From: Podarcis pityusensis
Taxonomy: Eukaryota
DNA: 64,000 bases
Strand: one strand, 5' to 3'
Assembly: GCA_964106645.2 (NCBI GenBank)
Contig: OZ067051.1
The notes below the pieces were generated by a model, which ran no database searches, had not been told where the DNA came from, and was given only the letters and a program-made list of their open reading frames with translations. Positions 1 to 10,487 of the stretch are shown piece after piece. Both the position numbers and the translations under genes were made by a program. Every line of letters starts with the position of its first letter. The stretch's first letter is position 1.

Positions 1-123
1 ACACCGCTGGTAGGCGAGCAAGGCCTGGAGGGCCGAGTCGGTCAGTTTCACGTGGAAGAGGCTGAGGCGGGCGCCCCGCGAGCCGGGGCGGTAGGAAAGG
101 CGCTCCGTCGCCCGCCGCGGCAT
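1..123 (-). CDS. ELL3: ELL-family RNA polymerase II elongation factor (ELL3), first coding exon; gene continues beyond the left edge
   Basis: Reverse strand from ATG at 123 reads MPRRATERLSYRPGSRGARLSLFHVKLTDSALQALLAYQRC. FHVKLTDSAL..L..Y is the ELL N-terminal motif. Position next to SERF2-SERINC4-HYPK-MFAP1 matches the human ELL3 neighbourhood. Confidence 0.85.
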   Translation of the reverse strand, partial: MPRRATERLSYRPGSRGARLSLFHVKLTDSALQALLAYQRC

Positions 124-712
124 CGCTAGAGTGAGCGGCTGTGGCGCCGGCGCCTGGGCGGGACTTGGGCTCGACGGCCGGGCGGGGCGGGGCCGCTGCT
201 GCTCCACAAACCGGTGCGCGTGCCCAGCCCGGGATGCCTGGCCAGACCTGCCTCCGTTTGGGGCGTGGGAAAGGCCCGGAGCAAGAAGAGACCTCGGAGC
301 TTTAGTCTGCCGTCCCTTCCAGAAGAAGGGCGCCGCCGATCACCCACCAAGCCCCTCAACAGTTTGCCCCGAGGAAGAACGGCCGGTCCGTTATCCAGGT
401 CTTCGGGGGAGCTTCTGCCCATTGTCCCCGGTCCCCCAGACCGGAGATCCCGGGGCAGGGCCTCCCTTTGGGCCCCGGGCATCGCTTCTACTCCAAAGCC
501 CCCCGCGGCAACCGACCCCGGACGCTTGGCCACGTGCAGCGGGGCCACGTGCTTCTTGGGACTCTCCACTAAGCCTCTTAGAGCCCCGCAGGTCACCGGG
601 CGATAATCTGGGGCGGAGCAGCATCCCCTAAGAACCGCTAAGACTCGGATGCGCCTCTTCGGTTGAGCGGCTTCCCTCGCCCAGAAGACCTTCATAGACG
701 TTTACTTCTGGG

Positions 713-892
713 CATAGGAGCCAACTCCTAGGCGCCATGGGGTGTTCAGCCCCCAGATTTTTTTTGCGGGGGCCGCCCCCCCCCCAGTTGATGGGCACTG
801 CTATTCAAATAGTGTGCATGCACCGCATCATGTGATCAATTATGCGAGCGGAGCTTACCTGCTCCCCCGATTTTTTGAGGTTGGCATTTCTG
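713..892. mobile_element. Non-autonomous hAT-type DNA transposon (MITE)
   Basis: Perfect 8-bp target-site duplication CTTCTGGG (705-712 and 893-900); imperfect terminal inverted repeats CATAGGAGCCAACTC / GAGGTTGGCATTTCTG. Confidence 0.75.
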
Positions 893-1486
893 CTTCTGGG
901 TGGTCTGTTCATACATGAGAGAATTGGGATGGAGGGCAAAGCCAACTGAGTTTTCTCAGAATCTAGCCTGTCAGGAGATGGGGAGGAACCCATTCATCCA
1001 CGGGAGGTATTCCCTCTTAGCGCAAGTCTTTGGGGCCTCGCGTAGTATAAGAGGAAACCCCCTTTTCCGTCGCGTCTGGGTGAACAGCGGGTTGCTGCTC
1101 GCCGCCTCTTCTGTTATAGACGCGAAGGCATTTACTTGGGTTTATTAAGGCAGCCCAAAGGGAGGGGCCCCGCTTGAGATGTGGGAGGGGGCCCTGCTGA
1201 TCCCTGCTAAACCCAGCCGCAGCCTGACGCCCAGATCCTCCTTGGAAGTAAGCCTGAGCGCAGCTGGGGCGTAAGGGGGGCTTACTCTATAATTGAATTA
1301 CAGGCGCTCAGTGTAGACTGAGGGTAGGAGAGACGGCTAAGCGGCCTCTCGCTTCTGCCGCTGCCGGCCTGCTCCGACCGTCGCATGCAAGGCGGGGAAG
1401 CAAATCCCTCGAGATCCTGATGCGCGGCTGCCGGCAAAGCCCCTCGCTCCGGGAAGCCCCTTCCGAGGACGGAGGAGCTGCCCACC

Positions 1487-4400
1487 ATGTTCTTGGTCAA
1501 GATGTTTCAGGGCGAGGAGGAGGAGGAAGGCGAAGGGGCGGCCGCCAGCCTCGGGCCGGTGCTGCTGGAGGGAGGCAGCCCCCATCTTGGACGGAGGGTC
1601 CATTTCCTGCTGCCCCACACTATCATCCAGGAGCCCCCGCCCCAGCTTCAGGAGCGAGCCTTTTACCAGCGGCTGGAGCGCTTGCTGGGAGGAGAAAGAG
1701 GCGGCTTTGCAGCGCTCTTTGCGGCTGACGGCTGGGAGGACCTCCGAGGTGAGGCCCGGAGCGCAGGGGGCTTTCAGGCAAGGAGATGGAGGGTCCCGCT
1801 GCTCCCCAGAGGGCCTTGGAGGCAACAGGGCGGCTCGGCCTCTCAGACCCTACATGATCCTCTCTGCTGCCAGTCATTGGGGGACGGGGTGACATCGCTG
1901 GCTAACAAGCGCCACAGCCAGAAGCCACTGGGGGCAGGAGATGGTTGCTGGGTTCGCTGCCTCTTAGCCAGAAAGCCCCCTGCCCCCGCCTCAGCGACCC
2001 AGCCCAGGGGCTGCCCTCACACCCATGGGGGTCTAGAGGTGCATCAGAATGAGGAGTGGCTTGACTGATGCCCACCTCAGCACCCCACAGAATGTGTGGT
2101 GGTGCGTCAAAAGGAATAAGAGGATAAACAAAGGCAGCATAATGCAAATGCTTAAAGTCCTGGGTGAGGTGGAATTTCCCCCCCAGGCAGGAGAAAAACT
2201 GATGGGTGTGGGGAACCACATTAAGACCTTCTGATGCCCTCAGCTCTGCCAAGTTTGAGAGGCCCCATTGTTCTACTCCTTCCCCCCAAAGTATATTAGT
2301 CTAACAGATCGGGAAGGCCAAAGAGAGAAATAAATGTTTTGTTTTTGTGTAGATATGAGTACAGAGAAGGCAAATGAAAACAAACTAGTCCCTTTTTTGC
2401 ATTTGGAGGCCTTCATCACCTGAAGCCCTAAACTGTGGTGTACTTCACCTATGCGTAAATCAGACCCTGGCCCAGGACCATTTGGAGGTAACTGGGCAGG
2501 TGGGACACTGCAGTACCTCAGGCTGGGGAGACAAGGCCCCTCCATTTGGCCAGAGCAGGTTGTGTTGTGAGAGAGGGGCTGTAACTTCCTCATCCTCCAT
2601 CACTCCCTTGGCCTTCCTTCCTCTGCACCTGGGCAGTTGGAGTTCCACACACTTCCTCAAGCAAACACCTGCACCTGTAGTTGAACTGATGCTCCCCTTC
2701 CCACCCTCCAGAGGACAAGTCCCTACGGAAGCGGCTGGTGAAGAGCAGTCCAGAGGGAGGCAGCTGGCCACAACTGGGCCAAGAGGTTACTGTGAAGATG
2801 CTGGGAATCCTGGAGGACCACAGCCTGGTCGAAAAGGACCAAAAGCTCACCTTTGTCCTCGGCCAGGGGGAGGCAATACAGGTGAGGTGTGGGAAGGCTG
2901 CAGCCCAGGGGCTCCCTTGTTCCTTTGTGCATTTTCTCCTCCTGATCCTTTCCCCCCTGGCTTTGCCTGGCAGCCTGCCCCACAGGGGCAGCCCATTCTC
3001 AGCCCCCATTTCTCTCCATTGCCTGAGCAACTGAATGCCACAAATGGTGGGGAATCCTGCTGTCGTTCTGCTTCTGTTCTGTTTCAGTGGAAAGGACTGT
3101 CAGCTTTGCAGCCACCCCCAACCTCATGCTTATAGGGCCCTCCCTCTACATAGGATCTCACCTTTTCTGCCTGTGCGCTATCATAGCAGAGGCCAATGCA
3201 GACCACATGAGAATGGCTGTTGCTCCCAAGCCAATGTACTGTTGCACGTAGTGGTGCTAAGAGGTGTGACAGCAGGATGTGTGTGTGTGTTGGGGGGGGC
3301 ACTTTGGGTCTGGTCCTTGTTTCCTTTTTCTCTCCCTAGGCTTTGGACCTTGGCGTCCTTTCCATGCAGCTTGGTGAAATAGCCCTTTTCCTCGCTGGCC
3401 CTGCTTGTGCCTACGGTCACCTGGGCAGGTAGTCATCAGTCATTGCTCTGCACTGTGACTGGTGGGCAGGGAGGGGGGCAACATCTGGGTCCTTGGTGGG
3501 GGAAGAGAGCTGTGTGTTCTCAGAGGCCTCTCCTCCTCCTCTTCCTGCAGAGAGCCAGATATTCCCAAAGATGCCACGTTGCTGTACGAGGTGACTCTGC
3601 TGCACGTGCAGGACAGCCCGGACCTGTCGCTGTTGCCCACCATGGAGCGCCTCAGCCTGGGCAACCAGAAGCGGGAGTGGGGCAACTTCCACTTTGAGCG
3701 GGGGGACTACCAGCAGGCCCTGCACTCCTACCAGCAGGCTTTGCATGTCCTCTCCTTGCCAGGGACAGGTGAGGCACTGTTCTGAGGGCTTGGGATGCAC
3801 TGGGGGATGAAACCCTCCCAACACAGCCATGTGGGTGCGTGTTGGAAACATGGGGTTGGCAAGGGTTCAATTAGAGCTGACGGGCAACTTGCCTGGAAAT
3901 AGTGCCATGATCCCAAATGTGGGCAGTTTGGATGAAAAGGGAGAGGAACCCTGTCCCAGAGGTGCTCTCCCGCAAAGGCACACTTGACCCATCCCTACTG
4001 CAGAAGCCCAGTTCTGGGGCTCAGCCCCATCTGCACCTCCTGGCTGGGGGTGATGCTGCACCTATGTGCGTTTCTCTCTAGACTGCCCAAGGCAGGAGGA
4101 GGAAGAGGAGCTGCATGACCATCGGGTCAAATGCCTCAACAACTGTGCAGCCGCCCAGCTGAAGTTGAAGCTTTTGGATGAGGCCCTGGCATCCTGCAAT
4201 GAAGTTATACAGCTTGACCCAGAGAACATCAAGGCACTTTACAGGAAAGGGAAGGTGATGAGGGAAACGCCTCCCAGCCCCTCACCTGCTCCAGGGCCAG
4301 GAGGGAAGAACTTGGCTAGGGAACGGCATGCTGAAGGCCGTACAGCTGGCTGAGATCCAGAGTGGGGTGGTGGGGGTGGTGGCAAAGGTTCCTGTTCCAC

Positions 4401-5553
4401 AATATTTACCTAATGCTATATCTGGATTGAAGTGGGGGAAAGGGAGTTGTGACCACAAAAGGTGAGAGAAGGCATGAGGGAGGGTCAAGGAACAGCTGCA
4501 GAGAACAGCCAGAGAAAGAGGTGGACAAGGGCAGGTTTCCCCACCCCTACCCAATTCATATACCATCCTATCTCTGTCACTCTCTCTCTGCTATTTAGCT
4601 ATTGTCAGAGCGGGGAGAGGACCAGGCAGCCACCGCCGTTCTGAAGAGGGCCCTGCAGCTGGAGCCAACTACCAAGGTGGGGCAACAGGACACACTAGGG
4701 GCAAAGGCAGGCAAGGGACAATAGCAGAGGCGGTGGGGAAGGTCCATCTTTGCTGGGCCAGCTTCATCCTCTGCCACTTTCGGCACTTGCGACTGGCATC
4801 TCCTCTTTTGCTCAGCTCACGCTGAGATGACATCATATTCCTAGCATTGGTGGGAGGGTGCTCAGCAGGCACTGGAGGTGATCCCTCCCCCCCCCCCCCC
4901 CGTCTTCCGAGTGTATTAACCATTTGCTCCCCAGAAGGATTAAAATGACCTTGGCTGTCTCTAGGCTATCCATGCTGAGCTCTCCAAACTAGCAAGGCGG
5001 CAGAGGGGGCAGCTGGAATGCCCTGGCCCAGGAGGGGCCACTCCAGAAGACATGGCAACACCCACCATTGCTCACAATGCTCAGGTTTGTTATCACGGCC
5101 TAGTTAAGGCAAAGGATTGAGGGTCCTTGTCACTTAGCAGGTGCCTTCCTGCGACTTCATCCTGGCTGCTGCTGTTGCTGCTGTGTTTGGTTCCCAAGAC
5201 TGTTCCGGTGGCCTTGTGGCAGCTGCCTTTGTGGGCATGTTGTTTGGCCAGTGTGGTGTAGTGGTTAGAGTGCTGACTAGGGCCTGGGAGACCAAGGTTC
5301 TTATCCCCACTCAGCCATTAATCTTATTGGGTGACCTTTGGCCAGTCACTGCCTCCAAGCCTAATCTACTTCATAGGGTTGTTGTGAGAATAAAATGGGG
5401 AGATGTATGCCACCTTGAGCTCCTTGGAGTAAAGGTGGAAAAAAATTTAAGAGATAATTAAGAAATTAAGATAATTAAGAGGTTTTGAAAACTCATGTGT
5501 CTCCTCACTGCCATCTTTTGCAGACAGATGCTCCTGCTCCCCAGCCAAGCTGA
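1487..5553 (+). CDS. FKBP8-like (fkbp16-like) peptidyl-prolyl isomerase with FKBP domain and TPR repeats; about 380 aa, terminal exon uncertain
   Basis: GT-AG exons in consistent phase: 1487-1748, 2712-2881, 3340-3428, 3551-3768, 4082-4254, 4599-4676, 4965-5084 (370 codons), then probably 5524-5553. Translation includes ...GWEDLREDKSLRKRLVK...GQEVTVKMLGILED...LTFVLGQGEAIQALDLGVLSMQLGEIALF...AYGHLGREPDIPKDATLLYEVTLL (FKBP domain) and KREWGNFHFERGDY...VKCLNNCAAAQLKL...DPENIKALYRKGKLL...LKRALQLEPTTKAIHAELSKL (TPRs), closely parallel to FKBP8. Start context CCACCATG. Confidence 0.85.
5247..5460 (+). mobile_element. Squamate tRNA-derived SINE (Squam3-like)
   Basis: tRNA-like head GCCAGTGTGGTGTAGTGGTTAGAGTG...GGTTC, body ...GGGTTGTTGTGAGAATAAAATGGGG...CACCTTGAGCTCCTTGGAG, A-rich tail. 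Related reversed copies at about 18650-18865 and 63150-63330. Confidence 0.65.
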
Positions 5554-6229
5554 GTGGCTGCTTCTTTTCCTGGGTTGACCCTAGAAAGCCTTGCAGAAAT
5601 GTGAAGTTCCACCTTCTCTGACAGCAATAACTTCTGAGGGGTGTCAGGGCCAAATACTTGTTATGTGTGCCCACCTGTTTCTCCTGGGATGGGGCAGACC
5701 TACAGCTGCTATGGAAGTGCGTGGCTGTAAGTCCCAAAAGGAACTCTTCCTCCTCCTCTTTCTCTACCACCACCACCACCAGTGATTGAGAGGTTTGCAA
5801 CGACGTTTATCCAAGAATGAAACATGGCACCCGAAGTCAAGTGGCTGGCTCTCATTGACACCTTTGATGATGATGTTCCCTAAGCGTAAAGGAACATTGT
5901 CATTGTGAAAGGGTGGGAAGATTCTTTCCAGCTGAAGCTGGATACTCTGAGGCTGGATTTTGCCCTGCAACCCAGCTTGCTGCTTATATTTTCTTCTGTG
6001 CTCTATTCATTTCCCTGCCAATCTGCAGGGAAGCCACCTTGGAATACATGTCTCATTCAACCCAAAGACTGGCCTGTTCCTAGTGTTGAGCTGAGGAGGA
6101 GAACAAATTCCAGGGTGTAGACAGACATACAGCTCCCTGCACGGACTGGCAAAGGGTTTTCTGCTGCTATTGTGGGGTGGGCTGGGGTGCTCTGCTTCTG
6201 GCATGATTATTCTCCCTTTTCTAAAAGCA

Positions 6230-7140
6230 GACAAACACCACTCTTACTGTGTTGTGTTCTTCTCCCATACCTCTTTGAAACACAAGTCTGGGCAAAGGAG
6301 GGGCTTCATGACTGTCACAAGGGCCAGCCAGGCAGCACTTTGCAGTTTGGCTGAAAAAGAGTGAAAATTGGTTGTATGGAGAGCAGCCTTGTCCCCCCTC
6401 AGGATGTACATCTATGTGTACCATAAGGGCCAAGTACGGTACTTATTGCTTATTGCTTATTGCAATAAGCAATAAGTACTAGCTCTGGGTTCCTTATTGC
6501 TCTGAAGATCCACCAAGGGCCATTCTGATATCCCAGTTGCCTTGTTTCCCTTGGCAGGGTTCTTCTTCTTCTTCTTCTTCTTCTTCTTCTTCTTCTTCTT
6601 CTTGCTGCTGAAATTGTCTGTGTTCTATCTGCACACACAATATTTACCACCAGTCACCATCACCTCTCTTGTGGCAGCCTCACTCATGAGCTGTAGCAGG
6701 TCAAGTACAGAGAAGGTCCTCCTTCTTTGTAGGAGAGTAGGAATAACTTCTCTTCTGTCCTAAAAGTATCCCCTAAATTGTAGAAGGCAGATAACCTCTG
6801 AGCAACTGGATTTTCATAGAGGGTTGTGTGTGTACTTGCAGTTTCAGTTAGGAACAACATTTCCCACCTCCCTCTAAGAACTCTCAGGAGGACTCTCTTA
6901 TGGCCTGGTTTTTCAGGGAGGAGCACCTTTAGGTGCTGGGTCACCCCGGTAGTGAGTTCATGCAAGGGATGTAGGCTGCAGAGCAACTCAACTACTCTTT
7001 TTTGGGTGCTTGGCCTAAAAGCGTCTAGTCTCTGTTGAAGATGGGACAAAGGAACAGCTTCATCCTCAACAACAGGCATGTCTGGGTGAAACGGAGCCTA
7101 GCAGAGGCCCTGGTGCTCAAATGTAGTGGGCAGCCTTCTT
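6230..7140 (-). mobile_element. Probable degenerate hAT (Buster/Charlie/SPIN-like) transposase fossil
   Basis: Broken reverse-strand frames give motifs in the order expected for the C-terminal half of these transposases: VEDEAVPL; RVVELLC; RVLLRVLRGRWEMLFLTE...LYEN...LGDTF; FSS..NP; LVDLQSNKEPRA; KAALHTTNFHSF...MKPLLCPDLC. Stops and frameshifts are present. Similarity judged by eye only. Confidence 0.4.
6561..6603. repeat. (CTT)n microsatellite
   Basis: About 14 perfect CTT units. Confidence 0.95.
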
Positions 7141-7249
7141 TGAAGCAGTCAGGAGTTCCACAGGTGGGCAGTCAAAGAAAGAGCCTTGCCTGCAGGAGGA
7201 AGTCTTCCTGGTGTTGCTGCTGAGGGCAAAGAGCTGGCGATGTTCCCTC

Positions 7250-7600
7250 AAAAGAAGAATGGCTACAGAAACTAATGGAATATGCAGAAATGGCGAAACA
7301 TCGGAAGAATAATAAATAAGATAACAAAGTCTTTAAAGGGGAATGAAAATCTTTTATTGAATATTTACAAACTCATTGTAAACGAATTAAAACATTAGCA
7401 GGATTAATGTAAAAATGTGCAGTATTGAAAACATATATAAAATGGATGGAAATAAAATATAAAATAGATTTAGATTCAGGTATGCAGGAAAATAGAGTAA
7501 ATATAAGGAAGAGAGAAAGAGGGGGTGGAAAGTCAAAATATGATATGTAAATATGATTCTGTTTGAAATGTTTGTCATAAATGAAAATTCTATATATAGA
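7250..7600 (+). mobile_element. 3' end of an L1/Tx1-like LINE
   Basis: Reads EEWLQKLMEYAEMAK..., typical of the reptilian L1 ORF2 C-terminus, followed by an A/T-rich 3' UTR. Confidence 0.55.
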
Positions 7601-7943
7601 GACAGAAAGTTGGAGCTGGGGAGTTGGTTCCTGAGGAAGAGAAGGCAGTGCTGCCAGGCAATCCATTTATGGAGCATTGATCCTGATTTGCTCACAGGGA
7701 GATTAGACAATGTTGGTTATTTAATGAGGATTCCCTTGGTGTGTGTGTGAGGAAGGGCAGACAATGGTGAGTCCAAATCTCCTCTGCCGCTGCGCTTCCT
7801 GCATAAGGTCTGGGCTTTGAGAGAGGGGTTTTGGTGCACAAGAGCCATCCTGACTTGGCCAATCTGTGATTGGGGCTGCACCCTAACCAGGTACTGAAAA
7901 CATGTTCCACTCCTCTCCTGCCACCACTGCCCCAGAATAATCC

Positions 7944-8077
7944 AGGGATAACTCAGTTGCTTAGAGTGTGGCACCTATAATGCCAAGGGTGCAGGTTCGA
8001 TAAGCTGCATATTCTTGCATTGCAAAGGGGTTGGATTGATGACCCCCAGGATCCATTCCAGCTCTATGATTTTATGG
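7944..8077 (+). mobile_element. tRNA-head / CR1-tail SINE
   Basis: GGGATAACTCAGTTGCTTAGAG...GGTTCGA head; tail GGGGTTGGATTGATGACC...TTCCAGCTCTATGATTTTATG. Reversed copy at about 25428-25572; partial copies near 57680-57755, 58400-58478 and 59098-59155. Confidence 0.65.
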
Positions 8078-8329
8078 TAAAGAACTTGACTCCTCGCAGA
8101 ATGAGCCTTCCCTGACCCCTTGACAGAGCAGCAGCTGGGAAGCCCCCCTCTGACCCTCTGCTCCATCCAGGGCTGGCCCAAGACATTTGGTGCCTGAGGC
8201 GAAGCGCATAATAGTGCCTTCCCTTCCAAGTAAGAAGGGGGTGAATGAAGATCTACATCAGAAACAAGGGCTTTGGGATCCGTTGCCGTCTGAGACAATG
8301 GCTTCACTTTGACTCATGGTTGAGCCGGT

Positions 8330-9250
8330 CCTGCCTCCATCCCACGGGGACGGAACCCACGCGGCACCTCTGCTGGGGGAGCTTGGCCGTCGATCTTGCC
8401 ACCGCTAGCGCTTACTCCGTGCCCAGGACTGGAGAGGAGAGGGCGGAGCTCCTACGGGCCCCGCCACTCTTGGCTCCACAGCCATTCGCGGCGCAGGGGA
8501 GGGGCTTCAAGACCGCCACGTTGCGCCTGTTGCCCTCCATGATGCCCCGCCTTCATTTCTGGCCGTCCTCCCCTGCAGCCAATCGCTGAATGGTCCGCCT
8601 GGTCCAGTAGCCGCCTCTTGGCGCTGGCGGGCTAATAGCCTCCTGGCCTCTGTGCGGATTGGCCAATCAGGCGACAGGGGCGGAGCAGGGCAGGGCTGTG
8701 GCCGTAGCTGCCTCGGGGACTCGAGCGAAGCGGAGCCATGACGCGTAAGCGGGACTCCCCCTACCCCTCCCGGTCCGGTCTCGCGCCCCCTTATTACCCT
8801 CCGGTGGGTGGGGGAGGATATGGGCTGGAAGGTCCCGTTGCCTCCTTGACTTGCTCAGGGCGGGGGGAGTTCCGCCTCTGCCGCCCTTTCCCCCCGCCCG
8901 TCAAGGCTCGGCGGTCCGCAGTGGCCCCCGGGGCCCCGCCTGACCGGCCCCCGCCGCGCTTACACGTGCACTACCTTTCTCCGCGGTGCAGGGGGCAACC
9001 AGCGCGAACTGGCGCGCAGCAAGAACATGAAGAAGAACGCTGACAAGGGCAAGCGCCGCGACGACGGCCTCTCCGCCGCCGCCCGCAAGCAACGGTGAGC
9101 GCCGGGCGGGAGGGGAACAAGGTCGGGCTGGCTGTCTTTCTGGGCTGGGCCTCGAGCCCGGAGGCGGCGCCTCCTCCTTAGCATAAAAGACCTGGCCGGG
9201 GCAAGAGCCAGGAACGGTTGGCTGCCTCCCCACCCTTCCTGCTTTTCCTA
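8330..9250 (+). promoter_or_regulatory. SERF2 CpG-island promoter
   Basis: CpG-rich. CCAAT at about 8579, palindromic GATTGGCCAATC at 8657-8668 and GGGGCGGAG GC box at about 8677, all just upstream of the ATG at 8738. Confidence 0.75.
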
Positions 9251-9940
9251 TTTCTTCCGCCCCTGGTGGTGAGCGGTGGGCATCATCCTGTTCTCTGATA
9301 GGGACGAGGCTTCTCGTGGCACTAGAAATAGATGCACCTTAGGGCGGGATGAACTTTCCGGGGCTCCTGGCATCCGCTTCCTTGGATGCCCTCAGTCTGC
9401 TTGTCTTTAAGGTGTCTCAAGACTCTTCCATGGCATTGCTGTTGAAGGCTAAGGCTGCCAGTCACAGGTGTCGCCAGGATTTTTGTTGGGGGGGGGAGGC
9501 TTTTGTTGGGGCGGAACCTCAGATTTATATTGATTTTGATTGATTTAGGGGGGAAGCTGCCCCCCCACTACGTCCATGCGGCTGTGCCTGAGGTTCCGCC
9601 ACTGGTTATGGAGGCTCCGCTGAACTGTCCTTGCTGCTTCTCCATCCCTTCTCTTACTTTCCACTCAAATCCTAGCCTAGCCCCTTGTCAAAGCCCTCAG
9701 AGGCCAGAGTGACAGCCCCTTCTCTCAGGCTCAGTGGCGACTGAGGCAGCCCTTGCCCTACCTTTATTTGCCAGCAGTCCAGCACCTGCCCTCAGGCCCA
9801 GGTGCCCCTTCCAGACTCAGTGGCCACAGCCTGACTGCCTTGCCTGTTTTTCTCTCCCCAGAGATTCAGAAATCATGCAGCAGAAGCAGAAGGCTGCCAA
9901 GGAGAAGAAGGAAGAGCCTCAGCAGCAGCAGCCAAAGTAG
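8738..9940 (+). CDS. SERF2: Small EDRK-rich factor 2 (62 aa)
   Basis: Exons 8738-8744, 8992-9094, 9862-9940 give [62 protein letters not shown]. Candidate poly(A) signal ATTAAA at 10126-10131. Confidence 0.97.
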
Positions 9941-10487
9941 GCAAGAGCCCTGAGGGGGCCTGCCCAGGTGGTGGCTCCCTTTCCTTCTCCCTCAACCGCT
10001 CACACTCCTGCTTATAGCCACAGTGGCATTATGGGGGCCACCAGACCACCTCCTGCTGAGGCTGGAGAAGAAAGGAGGAGCCCCAGCCTGGTGGGAGCTG
10101 GCAAATGCTAGAATCAAGATACTTCATTAAAGTAGTTTTACCCATTTGTCCAGGCTTAAAAATTACTGCAGGAAATGAGATGGGCTGGGTCAGCAAGTGA
10201 GATGGAGCAATTTATCCGCTATGTGCACCCGTGTGTGTGTGTGTGTGTGTTTATATGGCTTGCAGCCTTATACAGTGGCCATGGGCCTATCCTATCACCA
10301 ACAGCTGGAAGCTGAGATTTGGCACAGCATAAGGATGGGGTGTCTATGGGAGACAGTCCTGGCTTGTAGCCAGGAAGATTTTCTTATGTTGATTTTTTAA
10401 AAGGCTTGTCTGCCACCTTTTGGGCATAAACAGCATTTAAACTGACTTAACAATTCATAAAAATGTCTAGACGGTCATGATTTAAAA

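Larger units (their letters stand above)
1..1850. promoter_or_regulatory. CpG island / probable bidirectional promoter of ELL3 (-) and the FKBP-like gene (+)
   Basis: CpG-rich. GC boxes at about 180-195; tandem GGCCACGTGC E-boxes (CACGTG at 531-536 and 546-551); divergent ATGs at 123 (-) and 1487 (+). Confidence 0.7.

Noticed and set aside
126-695. Several 130-190 aa ORFs in the ELL3 promoter
   Set aside because: GC-rich CpG-island artefacts; the real coding frame is 123 to <1 on the minus strand.
7944-8005. tRNA-like sequences here and at 5247, 20645 and 23640
   Set aside because: SINE heads with degenerate A/B boxes and SINE bodies; no intact cloverleaf seen.
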